A stretch of DNA of 64,000 bases, from the NCBI GenBank assembly GCA_028704635.1, contig JAQWFB010000001.1, positions 133,541 to 197,540 of the forward strand. The letters are read 5' to 3'. This DNA comes from Candidatus Shapirobacteria bacterium. GTDB taxonomy: Bacteria; Patescibacteriota; Microgenomatia; UBA12405. Positions 19,352-29,423 of this stretch are shown here, in pieces; the first letter of the stretch is position 1; each line of letters begins with the position of its first letter. The notes beneath the pieces are model-generated. The model was not told the DNA's origin. It saw only the letters and a program-made list of their open reading frames with translations, and made no database searches. A program made the position numbers and the translations under genes.

Positions 19352-21325
19352 ATGATCACTCTTGATTCTCCTGAATTAAAAAATATTTCTCCCCAAAAAT
19401 TAGGCGAACTTCTAATCGAAGCCAAAAAGGCTTACTACACCGACAGTAAACCCATTATGGATGATCACACCTTCGATACTCTCGAGGATATATTGCGAAA
19501 AATTAATCCTTATCATCGAATATTTACCAAAGTTGGTACTTCCCGCTTCAACACCGGTTTTGACAAAAAAAAGCATTCCATGCCTATGGGCTCCCAAAAC
19601 AAAGTCAATAAAATCGACGATCTCATTCATTATTTTGAATTAAAAAAAATTCCCTCCGACACCGATTTTGTCGTTCAACCAAAATGTGACGGCATTTCTT
19701 TGGAAATCGAATATAAAAATGGCAAATTAGTTGATGCTATCACTCGCGGCAACGGCGAAATAGGGGATGTTATTACCCAAAATGTGGTAAAAATGAAAAA
19801 TTTTGTCAAAGAATTTAAAGATAATTTTTCCGGCTCAGTCCGCTGTGAAATCGTCATGCTTGAAAAAGATTTTCAAAAAATAATAAAAAACCGCCCTGTC
19901 AAGGGAGGTGGCCCCGCCACAGTGGGGACGGAGGGTTTTTATAGTAACTCACGCAACGCCACTTCCGGCATATCTCAAAGACTCGACGGCAAATTTTCCG
20001 AACTCTGCAGTCTCTACGCTGTCGATATTTTTTCCCACCAAAAACAATTTGTCACCGAAGTTGAAAAAATCGATTTTTTAAAACACCACGGTTTCACCCC
20101 GGTCGAAGATCTTCATTGTCAAACCTTCGATCAAATCGAAAAAATCTATCAAGAATTTTTATTTGAAAAAAGAAAAAATTATCCTTTTGAAATCGACGGC
20201 CTCGTTATTAAAATTAACGACACTCAATTAGAGCATCGTCTCGGTTCCAAAAATAATCGTCCCAAAGGTCAAGTGGCCTACAAATTTCCATCCCGCTCCA
20301 GTCAAACTAGAATTATAAATATCAATTGGCAAGTTGGTCCCATGGGAACCATTACTCCTGTCGCTGAAGTCGATCCTATTGAAATTTCCGGCGCTATCAT
20401 TACTTTTGCCTCATTGGCCAATTATGATTTGATCAAAGAAAAAAATATTAATATTGACGACATCGTTGAAATTCAAAGAAGAGGGGATGTCATCCCTCAT
20501 ATTGAAAATGTCATTACTAAAATTAAATCAGGCCACATCATTGCCCCAGAAATTTGTCCTTCTTGTGGCACCAAATTAATCATCGACAATAAATTTCTCC
20601 GCTGTCCCAATCTTAAAAATTGTCCCACTCAAATTCTAGGTTCCCTTAAATTATTTTGTAGCACTTTGGAAATCAAAGGTATTTCCGAAAAAACCATCGA
20701 CAAACTTTATCAAGTAAAATTACTTCGCCTTCCTGGTGATTTTTATGATCTAAAAGTTTCCGATTTTGAAAAACTTTTCGGTCTCGGTCATAAGTCTGGA
20801 ACCAATATTATTAATGAAATTCAAAATAAAAGAAAACTATCATTAAAACAAATTTTTGACGCCGCAATTATTCCCAATTTTAGTTCCCAACGAATTATTC
20901 AACTGATTAACGCTGGTTTCGACACTCCTGAAAAAATTTTAAATATCACCATCGATCAGCTCGAAGCACTTCCCGGAATTCAAATTACTTTGGCTCAAAA
21001 AATTTATCAGGGTATTCAGAATCGCAAGGATTTTATTCAGTCTATTCTTGTCCATGTAGAAACGCCAGATCTGGCGTCTCTACAAAAAATACCAAAAAAA
21101 TTATTTGGCTTGTCTTTCGCAATAACAGGTTCTTTAGAAAAACCCAGAAAAGAAATTGAGGATCAAATCATTTCTCTCGGTGGTCAGTTAGCCTCCTCAG
21201 TTTCCAAAAACACTGATTATTTAATCACTAACGAAACTGAAGCCAATTCCAATAAATTTTTAAACGCCAAAAAATTTGGGATCAAAATAATTTCTGAAGC
21301 CGAGTTTGAATCATTAGCAGTCTAA
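19352..21325 (+). CDS. ligA: NAD-dependent DNA ligase
   Basis: KCDG adenylation motif, TRGNG, DGLVIK, Zn finger, BRCT domain. Carries two palindromic in-frame inserts. Confidence 0.95.
   Translation: MITLDSPELKNISPQKLGELLIEAKKAYYTDSKPIMDDHTFDTLEDILRKINPYHRIFTKVGTSRFNTGFDKKKHSMPMGSQNKVNKIDDLIHYFELKKIPSDTDFVVQPKCDGISLEIEYKNGKLVDAITRGNGEIGDVITQNVVKMKNFVKEFKDNFSGSVRCEIVMLEKDFQKIIKNRPVKGGGPATVGTEGFYSNSRNATSGISQRLDGKFSELCSLYAVDIFSHQKQFVTEVEKIDFLKHHGFTPVEDLHCQTFDQIEKIYQEFLFEKRKNYPFEIDGLVIKINDTQLEHRLGSKNNRPKGQVAYKFPSRSSQTRIININWQVGPMGTITPVAEVDPIEISGAIITFASLANYDLIKEKNINIDDIVEIQRRGDVIPHIENVITKIKSGHIIAPEICPSCGTKLIIDNKFLRCPNLKNCPTQILGSLKLFCSTLEIKGISEKTIDKLYQVKLLRLPGDFYDLKVSDFEKLFGLGHKSGTNIINEIQNKRKLSLKQIFDAAIIPNFSSQRIIQLINAGFDTPEKILNITIDQLEALPGIQITLAQKIYQGIQNRKDFIQSILVHVETPDLASLQKIPKKLFGLSFAITGSLEKPRKEIEDQIISLGGQLASSVSKNTDYLITNETEANSNKFLNAKKFGIKIISEAEFESLAV
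19891..19940 (+). repeat. Family-2 palindromic element, in-frame in ligA (RPVKGGGPATVGTEG)
   Basis: CCGCCCTGTCAAGGGAGGTGGCCCCGCCACAGTGGGGACGGAGGGTTTTT. Confidence 0.75.
21056..21083. repeat. GTAG-REP, in-frame in ligA (VETPDLASLQ)
   Basis: GTAGAAACGCCAGATCTGGCGTCTCTAC. Confidence 0.9.
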
Positions 21326-21341
21326 TACTTAGACTGCTAAT
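21313..21341. repeat. Perfect 13-bp inverted repeat at the ligA stop
   Basis: ATTAGCAGTCTAA-TAC-TTAGACTGCTAAT; related to 36085-36117. Confidence 0.7.
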
Positions 21342-21454
21342 TAAACATCAAAATCTACTTTTTCCTATCTTTAGGTATAAATACATATCAATATATATCT
21401 AAATACTATATATATACTATTATATATATCAAATTCTAAATGCTAAAATAAACC

Positions 21455-21646
21455 ATGGAATGTAAACAATTAATTAATAAAAAAGATTGTCCTTGTACTT
21501 ATGACTGTGAGATAAAAGGTAGGTGTTGTGAATGTATAAAATCCCATTTAAAAGATAAAGAATTGCCAGCTTGTTGTTTTAACCAAGAAACTGAAAAAAC
21601 TTACGACAGATCATTTAAAAAATTTATTGAAGAAAATTCAAAATAA
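21455..21646 (+). CDS. Small Cys-rich protein (DUF6485-like)
   Basis: CPCTY.C..KGRCCECI..H...ELPACCF...EKTYDRS; TGcTAAAAT promoter just upstream. Confidence 0.75.
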   Translation: MECKQLINKKDCPCTYDCEIKGRCCECIKSHLKDKELPACCFNQETEKTYDRSFKKFIEENSK

Positions 21647-21654
21647 TAAACTAT

Positions 21655-22188
21655 ATGAAACTAATCGTCGGTCTCGGCAATCCAGATAAACAATATCAAA
21701 ATACTCGCCATAATTTAGGTCAAAATATTGTTAAAGAATATGTAGAGACGTTTTGCAAAACGTCTCTACATATCAAACAAAACCTTTCTGCCCAAATTTT
21801 TGAAATCGGGCAAGGGAGTGATAAAACAATTTTTGCCATCCCCACTGAATATATGAACAATTCAGGAATCACTGTTCAAAAAATTTCTCAATTTTACAAA
21901 ATTTCTCCTTTAAACATTTATATTATTCATGACGACCTTGATTTAGAGGTAGGAGATTATAAAATTCAATTTGATCGTGGCCCAGCTGGACACAATGGTA
22001 TTAAATCTATCATTGAAAACCTAGGTACTCAACAATTTAATCGCATTAGAATTGGCATCGGTAAATCTCAAAATAATATCCCTGTTGAAGATTATGTCCT
22101 CCAACCATTTTCCTCCCAAGAAAAAGATATAATCAACATTTTAACCCCTGAAATATTTGAAGAAATAAAAAATATTTTGGGCCCATAG
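21655..22188 (+). CDS. pth: Peptidyl-tRNA hydrolase
   Basis: LIVGLGNP, TRHN, YMNNSG, HDDLD, GHNGIKS. Confidence 0.97.
   Translation: MKLIVGLGNPDKQYQNTRHNLGQNIVKEYVETFCKTSLHIKQNLSAQIFEIGQGSDKTIFAIPTEYMNNSGITVQKISQFYKISPLNIYIIHDDLDLEVGDYKIQFDRGPAGHNGIKSIIENLGTQQFNRIRIGIGKSQNNIPVEDYVLQPFSSQEKDIINILTPEIFEEIKNILGP
21742..21769. repeat. GTAG-REP, in-frame in pth (VETFCKTSLH)
   Basis: Perfect palindrome GTAGAGACGTTTTGCAAAACGTCTCTAC. Confidence 0.9.
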
Positions 22189-22252
22189 TCTAGTGGTAAA
22201 ACATCTCAGTCGCACTGAGTCATCGGCGGTTCAAATCCGCCTGGGTCCACCA
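22179..22252 (+). tRNA. tRNA-Ala(CGC)
   Basis: Cloverleaf with GGGCCCA/TGGGTCC acceptor and G3:U70, anticodon loop GTCGCAC, GGCGG-TTCAAAT-CCGCC T arm, encoded CCA. Confidence 0.9.
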
Positions 22253-23781
22253 TGGTAAAAATCGTTTTAAAATCAGTCGTAAAATCAGTTGGTCACGGAA
22301 TTAAAAATGACCCTGAAATTAAACGCATCTATAATAGATATCCAAAAACTTTTAGATTTATCAAAAACCGACTTACCCCCAATGAAAAATATGGTCTCTA
22401 TTTAACCATTGGTAGCCTGATTACTTTATTTTTCATTTATCTTTTTTTTGAAGTTATTCAAAGTTACGTCGGACAAGAAGCTCTCATCCGCGCCGATCTA
22501 AGAATCATAAATCTCATCAGTCATTTTCGCACCTCAAAACTAAACCAATTCATGCTTTTTATCACTTATTTAGCTCAAGGAGAAATCATTGCCGTTGCTG
22601 TTATTTTTTCCTTAATAATTTTATATTTGCTTCGCAAATGGTCATATATTCGCAGCCTTTTAGTTTTTGTGGTCGGAGGAGAATTATTTGTTTGGATCAT
22701 TAAAAATATTATTGATAGACCACGACCTCCATTAACAGAAGCTCTTGTCACTGAAACCAGTTATAGTTTTCCCAGCGGCCACAGTTTCATTGCGGTTGCC
22801 TTTTATGGTCTTATTGTTTTTTTTCTTTTCGACAGTCTCAAAAAAAAATATTTAAAAATTATCAGTCTAATTTTGGGGATTATTTTAGTAATTTTAATCG
22901 GTGCGTCTAGAATCTATCTTGGTGCTCATTGGCCATCAGATGTCCTGGCCAGTTATACTTCCGGACTCGCCTGGCTTACTATTATTATTACTATCACTCA
23001 TATTAAGAAAAAATTTAATTCCAAAATAATCCAAGCACCTCATTTACCACATAAAACCATAACTAAAATTAGCATTCTATTAATAATAATCTTTTCTTTT
23101 ATTGTTTATCTATTTTATAAAAGTCATCCACTTAAAAATATAACCATCGCTCCAATTTCTAAAACGATTATCCAAACCAACGAAATTGATACCAAATTAT
23201 TTACAACCTTACCTAAAATCAGCGAAACCATCACTGCCGCCCTAGCCGAACCAATTAACATCATTATTGTTGCTAATAAAGAAATTTTAAATAAAGCCCT
23301 CATTGATTCTGGTTGGTTTTTATTAGATCAAATTAGCCCAAAAACCAGCCTAAAAATTATTAGTTCCATTACCAAAAATAAATCGTATCCTCAAACACCT
23401 GGTCTTCCAGTTTTTTGGGATACTCGTTCCAACGACATCGGCTTTGGTAAACCAACCCAAGAAAATCTGGCCTCCTCTCGTCATCATATTCATTTTTGGG
23501 AAACTAATTTTATTACTTCTGACAACCAACTAATTTGGGTTGGCACTGCTCATTTCGACCAAGAGATAAAAACTATTGGTAAAATAATTTTACCTATCCA
23601 CACCACCGATCAAATGGTCGATAAAGAAAGGGAAGACATTAAAAATACTTTAGAACAAAATGGTTTTGTGAAATCATTTGAAAAAATTAATCTCACTGGT
23701 TTAACCTATGGATCCAAAAAAAGTGGCAACAATTTCCTTACCGACGGCCAAGCTTACATTTTATATCTTCAAGACAAATGA
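22252..23781 (+). CDS. PAP2 phosphatase fused to an LssY C-terminal domain
   Basis: RPRP, SFPSGH, SRIYLGAHWPSDV; C-terminal EPINII...RHHIHFW...WVGTAHFD. Confidence 0.9.
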   Translation: MVKIVLKSVVKSVGHGIKNDPEIKRIYNRYPKTFRFIKNRLTPNEKYGLYLTIGSLITLFFIYLFFEVIQSYVGQEALIRADLRIINLISHFRTSKLNQFMLFITYLAQGEIIAVAVIFSLIILYLLRKWSYIRSLLVFVVGGELFVWIIKNIIDRPRPPLTEALVTETSYSFPSGHSFIAVAFYGLIVFFLFDSLKKKYLKIISLILGIILVILIGASRIYLGAHWPSDVLASYTSGLAWLTIIITITHIKKKFNSKIIQAPHLPHKTITKISILLIIIFSFIVYLFYKSHPLKNITIAPISKTIIQTNEIDTKLFTTLPKISETITAALAEPINIIIVANKEILNKALIDSGWFLLDQISPKTSLKIISSITKNKSYPQTPGLPVFWDTRSNDIGFGKPTQENLASSRHHIHFWETNFITSDNQLIWVGTAHFDQEIKTIGKIILPIHTTDQMVDKEREDIKNTLEQNGFVKSFEKINLTGLTYGSKKSGNNFLTDGQAYILYLQDK

Positions 23782-24089
23782 CCAAAAACCAACCAACTGC
23801 AATTGGAGATCAACTATTTAAATTTAAAGAAACTTTAGATCAGCGTAAAAAATATGTCAAAAATGAATTCCAAGCTTATGGTCTTGAATTAGCCAAAGAA
23901 TTAGGTGATTGGAAAAACAAATCTCTTTATCTTAGATTGGCCAAAACTGTCGATCGTCAAATTTTAGAAAGAGCCAGATATTTTGTTAAAGATCAAAACC
24001 CCGGTGCCATTAAAACTCCTTATAAGCTTTTTATGTGGAAACTAAAAGAATTAAAAAAATCTAAGACCGATTTGACAAACGCAACTTAG
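23778..24089 (+). CDS. Conserved hypothetical protein
   Basis: Coupled ORF; EFQAYG..LA.EL...LFMWKLK. Confidence 0.7.
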   Translation: MTKNQPTAIGDQLFKFKETLDQRKKYVKNEFQAYGLELAKELGDWKNKSLYLRLAKTVDRQILERARYFVKDQNPGAIKTPYKLFMWKLKELKKSKTDLTNAT

Positions 24090-24100
24090 TTGCATATAAT
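24072..24100 (+). promoter_or_regulatory. Consensus sigma70 promoter with a palindromic operator in the spacer
   Basis: TTGACA-17-TATAAT; spacer contains GCAACT-T-AGTTGC. Confidence 0.85.
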
Positions 24101-24106
24101 CACTCT

Positions 24107-24541
24107 ATGTTCGATTCTGATCCTACTAAAATTTGTTCCACCCTTAAATGCCGTCATACCAAACTTCGTATGGCGCTAGGTCATATTTTTCATAACACTA
24201 AAACACCAATCTCTGTTGCCGATATTCAACAAATTTTTAAATCTCAAAATTTCAAAATTAACAAAACCAGTATTTATCGCGAACTAAAATTTCTTACCAA
24301 AAATTATATGCTTAACGAAATTCAACTTGATGGAATTTCCACTAGATATGAATTTAATAAAACTAATCCAAAATCATATCTAATATGTACTAAATGCGAC
24401 CAAATTATTCCCATTGAAATTGATAATCAAATTTTCGAAACTGAATCACAAAAAATATCTAAAAAAAATAACTTTATTATCAATCGTCATTCATTAATAT
24501 TTTTTGGACATTGTCATAAATGTCAGCAAAATCATTTATAA
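24107..24541 (+). CDS. Fur/Zur-family transcriptional regulator
   Basis: TSIYREL HTH; CTKC and CHKC Zn motifs. Confidence 0.85.
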   Translation: MFDSDPTKICSTLKCRHTKLRMALGHIFHNTKTPISVADIQQIFKSQNFKINKTSIYRELKFLTKNYMLNEIQLDGISTRYEFNKTNPKSYLICTKCDQIIPIEIDNQIFETESQKISKKNNFIINRHSLIFFGHCHKCQQNHL

Positions 24542-24558
24542 TATAAATATAAAAATCT

Positions 24559-25596
24559 ATGAAAAAATTTTTTTCCATTAAAAAAATTATTACTATTGCT
24601 GTAATTTTACTTATAGCTATAGGGGTAACCATTAAAGTTAGATCGGATGGAAACAAAGCTCAAACTTTCGATATTAAAACTGAGTCCACTGTTTCTCCAA
24701 CTAGACAAAATATAAAAGAGGAAATTACTCTAACGGGATCTATCGATGCCACCTCAAAAGCCAACCTTCAATTTCAAACCAGTGGACAACTCGCTTGGGT
24801 TGGGGTTAAAGTCGGTGACAAGGTTAAAAAATATCAAGCCATCGCTAGTCTAAATAAAGAAATTTTAAAAAAACAACTTCAATCCGATTTTAATAATTAC
24901 AAAACAGCTGCTTCTAATTTTTACGATAAAGCCGATGAATACAAAGATTCTGTTCTCACCACTGAAGTTAGAAGAATTCTTGAACGTAATCAAAATACTT
25001 TAGATAATTCTGTTATCAATTATGAACTTCAAGATTTGGCCATTAAATACTCCACATTAATTTCACCTATTACTGGTGTAGTTGTCGATATCGAACAACC
25101 CAACAGTGGTGTTAACGTCACTCCTAGTAGCGCTTCTTTTGTCATTATTGATCCAAACAGTATTTATTTTAGGTCAAAAATTGATCAAGAAGATGTTCCA
25201 AAAATAAAAGTTGGAGACAAAACAACTATCAAACTGGATAGTTTTCCAGAAAAAACATTTGAATCAGAAATAGAATACATTGCTTTTACCCCAATTACCG
25301 GAGAATCAAATACTATATACGAACTTAGATTTAAATTTCCAAAAGAAAATGACAACCTTCAATATCGTCTTGGTATGGATGGGGATGCTGTTATCTCTCT
25401 AAAAGAAGTTGAAAATGCTTTAACTGTTCCAGTAGAATCACTTCATCAAGAAAACGGTCAGATTTATGTCTTTGTAAAAGAAAATGATAATACTAATATG
25501 TCTAAAAAATATATTAAAACTGGCATTGAAACTGATACTTTTGTTGAAATTTTAGAAGGACTTTCCGAAAATGACCAAATCGTCATCACTAAATAA
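24559..25596 (+). CDS. Efflux periplasmic adaptor (MacA-like)
   Basis: TM anchor, VKVGDKVKK, LISPITGVV, GMDG, VEILEGL. Confidence 0.9.
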   Translation: MKKFFSIKKIITIAVILLIAIGVTIKVRSDGNKAQTFDIKTESTVSPTRQNIKEEITLTGSIDATSKANLQFQTSGQLAWVGVKVGDKVKKYQAIASLNKEILKKQLQSDFNNYKTAASNFYDKADEYKDSVLTTEVRRILERNQNTLDNSVINYELQDLAIKYSTLISPITGVVVDIEQPNSGVNVTPSSASFVIIDPNSIYFRSKIDQEDVPKIKVGDKTTIKLDSFPEKTFESEIEYIAFTPITGESNTIYELRFKFPKENDNLQYRLGMDGDAVISLKEVENALTVPVESLHQENGQIYVFVKENDNTNMSKKYIKTGIETDTFVEILEGLSENDQIVITK

Positions 25597-26266
25597 TTCT
25601 AAAACCATTTTAGAATTAAAAAATGTTTCCAAAACTTATTTTTCTAATGAAGATCTTTTTTATGCCCTTAAAAATGTTTCTTTAAAAATTAACGAAGGTG
25701 ATTTTATTTCTATTACCGGTCCGTCTGGATCCGGAAAATCAACCCTAATGCACATTATCGGTTTATTAGACAATCCCACTTCCGGTGAAGTTCTTTTAAA
25801 CAGAAAAAATATTTCTCAGCTTCCTGAAAAACAATTAGCTAAAATCAGAAATGTTACTCTTGGTTTTGTTTTTCAACAATTTAATTTATTAGCCAAGACG
25901 TCATCGTTAGAAAATGTTATTTTACCTTTGATTTATTCTGATGTTCCCCAAAAAGACAGAAATCAAATGGGTATAAAAATGCTGACCAAAGTTGGTCTTC
26001 AAGACAAATTTAAAAACACTCCAAGTCAGCTCTCTGGTGGTCAACAACAACGTGTGGCTATTGCTAGAGCACTAATAAATAATCCTCAAATAATTTTAGC
26101 CGACGAACCAACTGGAAATCTCGATAGTAAATCTGGTGCCGCCGTTATGGAATTTCTTCATCAATTAAACAAAGAGGGGAGAACTATTGTTTTTGTTACT
26201 CACGACGCAGATCTTGCCAAACAAGCTAAAAAAATTATTGTTATTAAAGACGGTCAAATAATTTAA
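25571..26266 (+). CDS. ABC transporter ATP-binding protein (MacB/LolD-like)
   Basis: GPSGSGKST, LSGGQQQR, ADEPTGNLD. Confidence 0.95.
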   Translation: MTKSSSLNNSKTILELKNVSKTYFSNEDLFYALKNVSLKINEGDFISITGPSGSGKSTLMHIIGLLDNPTSGEVLLNRKNISQLPEKQLAKIRNVTLGFVFQQFNLLAKTSSLENVILPLIYSDVPQKDRNQMGIKMLTKVGLQDKFKNTPSQLSGGQQQRVAIARALINNPQIILADEPTGNLDSKSGAAVMEFLHQLNKEGRTIVFVTHDADLAKQAKKIIVIKDGQII

Positions 26267-26268
26267 TT

Positions 26269-27486
26269 ATGCTCAAACCTTCATTTAACGAATTGCTTCG
26301 CTCCAGTATCCGCGCTATTTTAAAAAATAAAAGTCGAACTATTTTAACCTCCCTTGGAATTATTATTGGTGTTACCTCAGTGATCCTGCTAACCTCAATT
26401 GGTAATGGTCTTAAAAGTTATATCACTCAACAATTTGATTCTTTAGGAGCAAACTCTATTTATGTTATGCCTGGAAAAGTTTTTAATGAAAATGGTGGAT
26501 TCAGTAATAGCGGGGGAATGATGACTACCAGTTTCGTTCAAAAAGATATCAGTTCTCTAAAAAAAGAAATAAAAGATGTTGAAATTATTCCTGTTAATGC
26601 TGTATTTACTGATATCAGCTCATCCCAAGCCACTAAAAAATCAATCGAGATAGATGGTGCTACTGTAGGTTTTGGCAAAGCCACTAATCTTATTCCATCT
26701 AATAATAATGGTCGCTGGTTTACAAAAGAAGAAGAAGAAAAAAATACCTCCGTTATTGTTTTAGGCTACAAATTAGCCCAAGATCTTTTTCCTAAATCCG
26801 ATGCTCTTGGTAAAAAAGTAATAGTTAAAGGTAAAAATCTTAAGGTTATTGGTGTTGTCGACAAAAAGGGTGCATCAATGGGTGGACCAAGTATAGACGA
26901 CCAAGCATATGTTCCCTTATCTGTTGCTTTTAATTTTTCTGGAAATGAAAATATAAATACCATTTTAATTAAAACAGCCAGCAAAGAGGTAATTGAAAAA
27001 ACAAAAAAAGATATTACTAAAGCTATGTTGAAAAAATATGACTCAGATGCTTTTTCGGTTTTTGATAGTTCTCAGCTTTTAAATTCAATTAATTCAATTA
27101 TCAATGTTCTTACTATCGGTCTTAGTGGCATTGCTGCTATTTCCCTTGTTGTTGGCGGTATTGGCATTATGAACATTATGTTAGTTTCTGTCACCGAACG
27201 TACCAGAGAAATTGGTCTTAGAAAAGCTATCGGCGCTTCCCCAAACGCCATTTTAATTCAGTTTTTAATTGAAGCTGTTATTTTATCTTGTTTTGGTGGA
27301 ATAATAGGCATTATTCTTGGATTTTTAGGTACATTAGCTATTAATCCATTTTTTCCCGCTAAAATCACCCTATCTTCTGTCTTATTAGCTTTTGGTGTTT
27401 CTTCAGCTGTCGGTATTATCTTTGGAGTTGCTCCAGCCAGAAAAGCCTCCAAACTTTCACCAATCGAGGCCCTCAGATACGAGTAG
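26269..27486 (+). CDS. ABC transporter permease (MacB/FtsX)
   Basis: GGIGIMNIMLVSVTERTREIG; PIEALRYE. Confidence 0.95.
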   Translation: MLKPSFNELLRSSIRAILKNKSRTILTSLGIIIGVTSVILLTSIGNGLKSYITQQFDSLGANSIYVMPGKVFNENGGFSNSGGMMTTSFVQKDISSLKKEIKDVEIIPVNAVFTDISSSQATKKSIEIDGATVGFGKATNLIPSNNNGRWFTKEEEEKNTSVIVLGYKLAQDLFPKSDALGKKVIVKGKNLKVIGVVDKKGASMGGPSIDDQAYVPLSVAFNFSGNENINTILIKTASKEVIEKTKKDITKAMLKKYDSDAFSVFDSSQLLNSINSIINVLTIGLSGIAAISLVVGGIGIMNIMLVSVTERTREIGLRKAIGASPNAILIQFLIEAVILSCFGGIIGIILGFLGTLAINPFFPAKITLSSVLLAFGVSSAVGIIFGVAPARKASKLSPIEALRYE

Positions 27487-27510
27487 TTTTATTTTGCTAT
27501 TATTAATGTA

Positions 27511-28074
27511 GTGAAACAAAATTTACTATTTGATTTATTACCAACAATCATTGTCTTTTTTATAGTTTCCATTTTTTGGGTTATCTTTGGCGTTTCCAAT
27601 AGTGAAATAATTTATCTATTAATTGGCCTAATTTTAGGTCATATTTTTCTCGATCTCGATCATATTATTTATTGGTTTTACAGAAAACCCAATACTGAAG
27701 AAAGCAGAATTATTAAAAACACTTTCGAAAAAAAAGACTTTAAGTCGTTTTTTAAATTAATAAAAGCTGCCAGAACTAGTCATGATAATTTAATTTTCCA
27801 TCATTATTTTTTCCAAGTTAGCATTAATTTGATTTCCTTTTTTATTTTTATTTCTTCATCAAACACCTTCTGCCTTTCCTTTCTTTTATCTATCAATTTA
27901 CATCTTTTAACTGACGAAATTCGAGATTATTTAAGTAATCCCAAATTTCTTCAAAATTGGCTTTTTGCTCGAGAAGAAAAACAATTGTCAATCGAATCTC
28001 TTAAAAATTATTTAATAATTTTTAATATTCTCTTCTTTATTTTCTTGTTCCTTCTTGTAAAATCTAAAACATGA
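27511..28074 (+). CDS. Membrane protein, metal-dependent hydrolase-like
   Basis: DLDH, FHH and HLLTD motifs; multiple TM segments. Confidence 0.6.
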   Translation: MKQNLLFDLLPTIIVFFIVSIFWVIFGVSNSEIIYLLIGLILGHIFLDLDHIIYWFYRKPNTEESRIIKNTFEKKDFKSFFKLIKAARTSHDNLIFHHYFFQVSINLISFFIFISSSNTFCLSFLLSINLHLLTDEIRDYLSNPKFLQNWLFAREEKQLSIESLKNYLIIFNILFFIFLFLLVKSKT

Positions 28075-28592
28075 TTATGTCGTCACCTCAACTTTTCGAT
28101 GATGCTAAAAAATTTTTGTCTCAACATCAACAAAATTTGTTGAGTGATGTTGAAATCGTTCTCCAAAGAATTGATTCTGTTAACAATATCCACGATTATT
28201 CTTTTTTTGTTGCTCCAATTTCCAAAGCCTACGAAGGATTTTTGAAAGATTTTTTCCTTAAAATAGGCATAATTTCTGAAAACGACTATGAAAGTGATCG
28301 TTTCAGAGTCGGTAAGACTTTAAATCCCTCCCTTCGCTATAAAAGATTTTCCGTTTTTCAAAAACTGGCTGATATTCACAACGATGGAGAGGAATTGGCT
28401 GAAAATCTTTGGACTGCTTGGAAATTTGGTCGAAATGAAATTTTTCATTATTTTCCAAATACCTCCCAAGATTTAACCTTAAGTCAAGCCCAAGAAAGAA
28501 TCGCCCTATTATTAAAAACGATTATTAGTGCAGGGGAATTTTTAGTCAAAAACAAAGAAATTATTCGCCAATCTCAATCAACTTATTATTAA
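28071..28592 (+). CDS. HEPN-domain protein (RnlA/RNase LS-like)
   Basis: KAYEGFLK and an R-x4-H motif (RNEIFH). Confidence 0.7.
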   Translation: MIMSSPQLFDDAKKFLSQHQQNLLSDVEIVLQRIDSVNNIHDYSFFVAPISKAYEGFLKDFFLKIGIISENDYESDRFRVGKTLNPSLRYKRFSVFQKLADIHNDGEELAENLWTAWKFGRNEIFHYFPNTSQDLTLSQAQERIALLLKTIISAGEFLVKNKEIIRQSQSTYY

Positions 28593-29388
28593 AGTCAAAA
28601 AAACTTTTATCATTCTTCCAAAAATTTAAAGGCACTGGTATTTTTCCACACCCCATCGGGGCATCAATCACATAAGTTGGATAGGCCAACCCAGAAATTC
28701 TTTTTCTAAGTTCTGTCATAATTTCTTTTTCTTTTTCGAAAGGCACTACAAATTTTTCCGCTCCAATCACTGGATCACATCGGTAAATATAGTAAGGCCT
28801 CACCCCTAATTCCAATAATTTTTCAAATAATTTTTCCAATTCCTCCACTGAATCATTGATTCCTTTTAAAAAGACTGACTGTGAATACAAAATTACCCCC
28901 GCTCTTCTAAATCTTTTTAAAACTTCAACACTCTCATCACTAATCTCTTGCGCTAAATTACAATGAATCGATAAATAAATATTTTTCTTACAATCATTTA
29001 AAAAATCAAAAATATCATTACTTATTTTTTCCGGCGCTGTTATCGGCATTCGAGTGTGAATTCTAATAACCTTTATATTTTCTAGTCTTTCCATTTTTTT
29101 TAATAAAAAAATTAATTCCTTCGGTGACATTAGTGGATCTCCGCCAGAAATTACTACTTCTCTAATTTCCTTATTTTCTCCTAAAAAAATCAAAATATCT
29201 TTCAATTCCTTTTTATTCAATTGCCATTTTTTTTTCAAAAAAGTTTTCCTTTTTCTAGTGCAAAATTCACAGTAAATAGGACAAATATTGTTTAGTTCTA
29301 CCAAAACTCTTTTGGGGTATTTATAAATCAAACCTTTAATTTTAGCAAATTGTTCTTCCATTAATGGATCATTTAAAAAGTTTGTCAT
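28561..29388 (-). CDS. KamA/EpmB-family radical SAM protein (short)
   Basis: YKYP.RVL, CPIYCEFCTR, SGGDPL, IRIHTR, GINDS, PTYVIDAP. Confidence 0.9.
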   Translation of the reverse strand: MTNFLNDPLMEEQFAKIKGLIYKYPKRVLVELNNICPIYCEFCTRKRKTFLKKKWQLNKKELKDILIFLGENKEIREVVISGGDPLMSPKELIFLLKKMERLENIKVIRIHTRMPITAPEKISNDIFDFLNDCKKNIYLSIHCNLAQEISDESVEVLKRFRRAGVILYSQSVFLKGINDSVEELEKLFEKLLELGVRPYYIYRCDPVIGAEKFVVPFEKEKEIMTELRKRISGLAYPTYVIDAPMGCGKIPVPLNFWKNDKSFFDFNNKLIEIGE

Positions 29389-29423
29389 AGAATTTTTTCT
29401 TTTAATCTGTTATTTTAATACAT

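Noticed and set aside
21380-21430. TA-dinucleotide-rich tract
   Set aside because: Low complexity with no definable unit or function.
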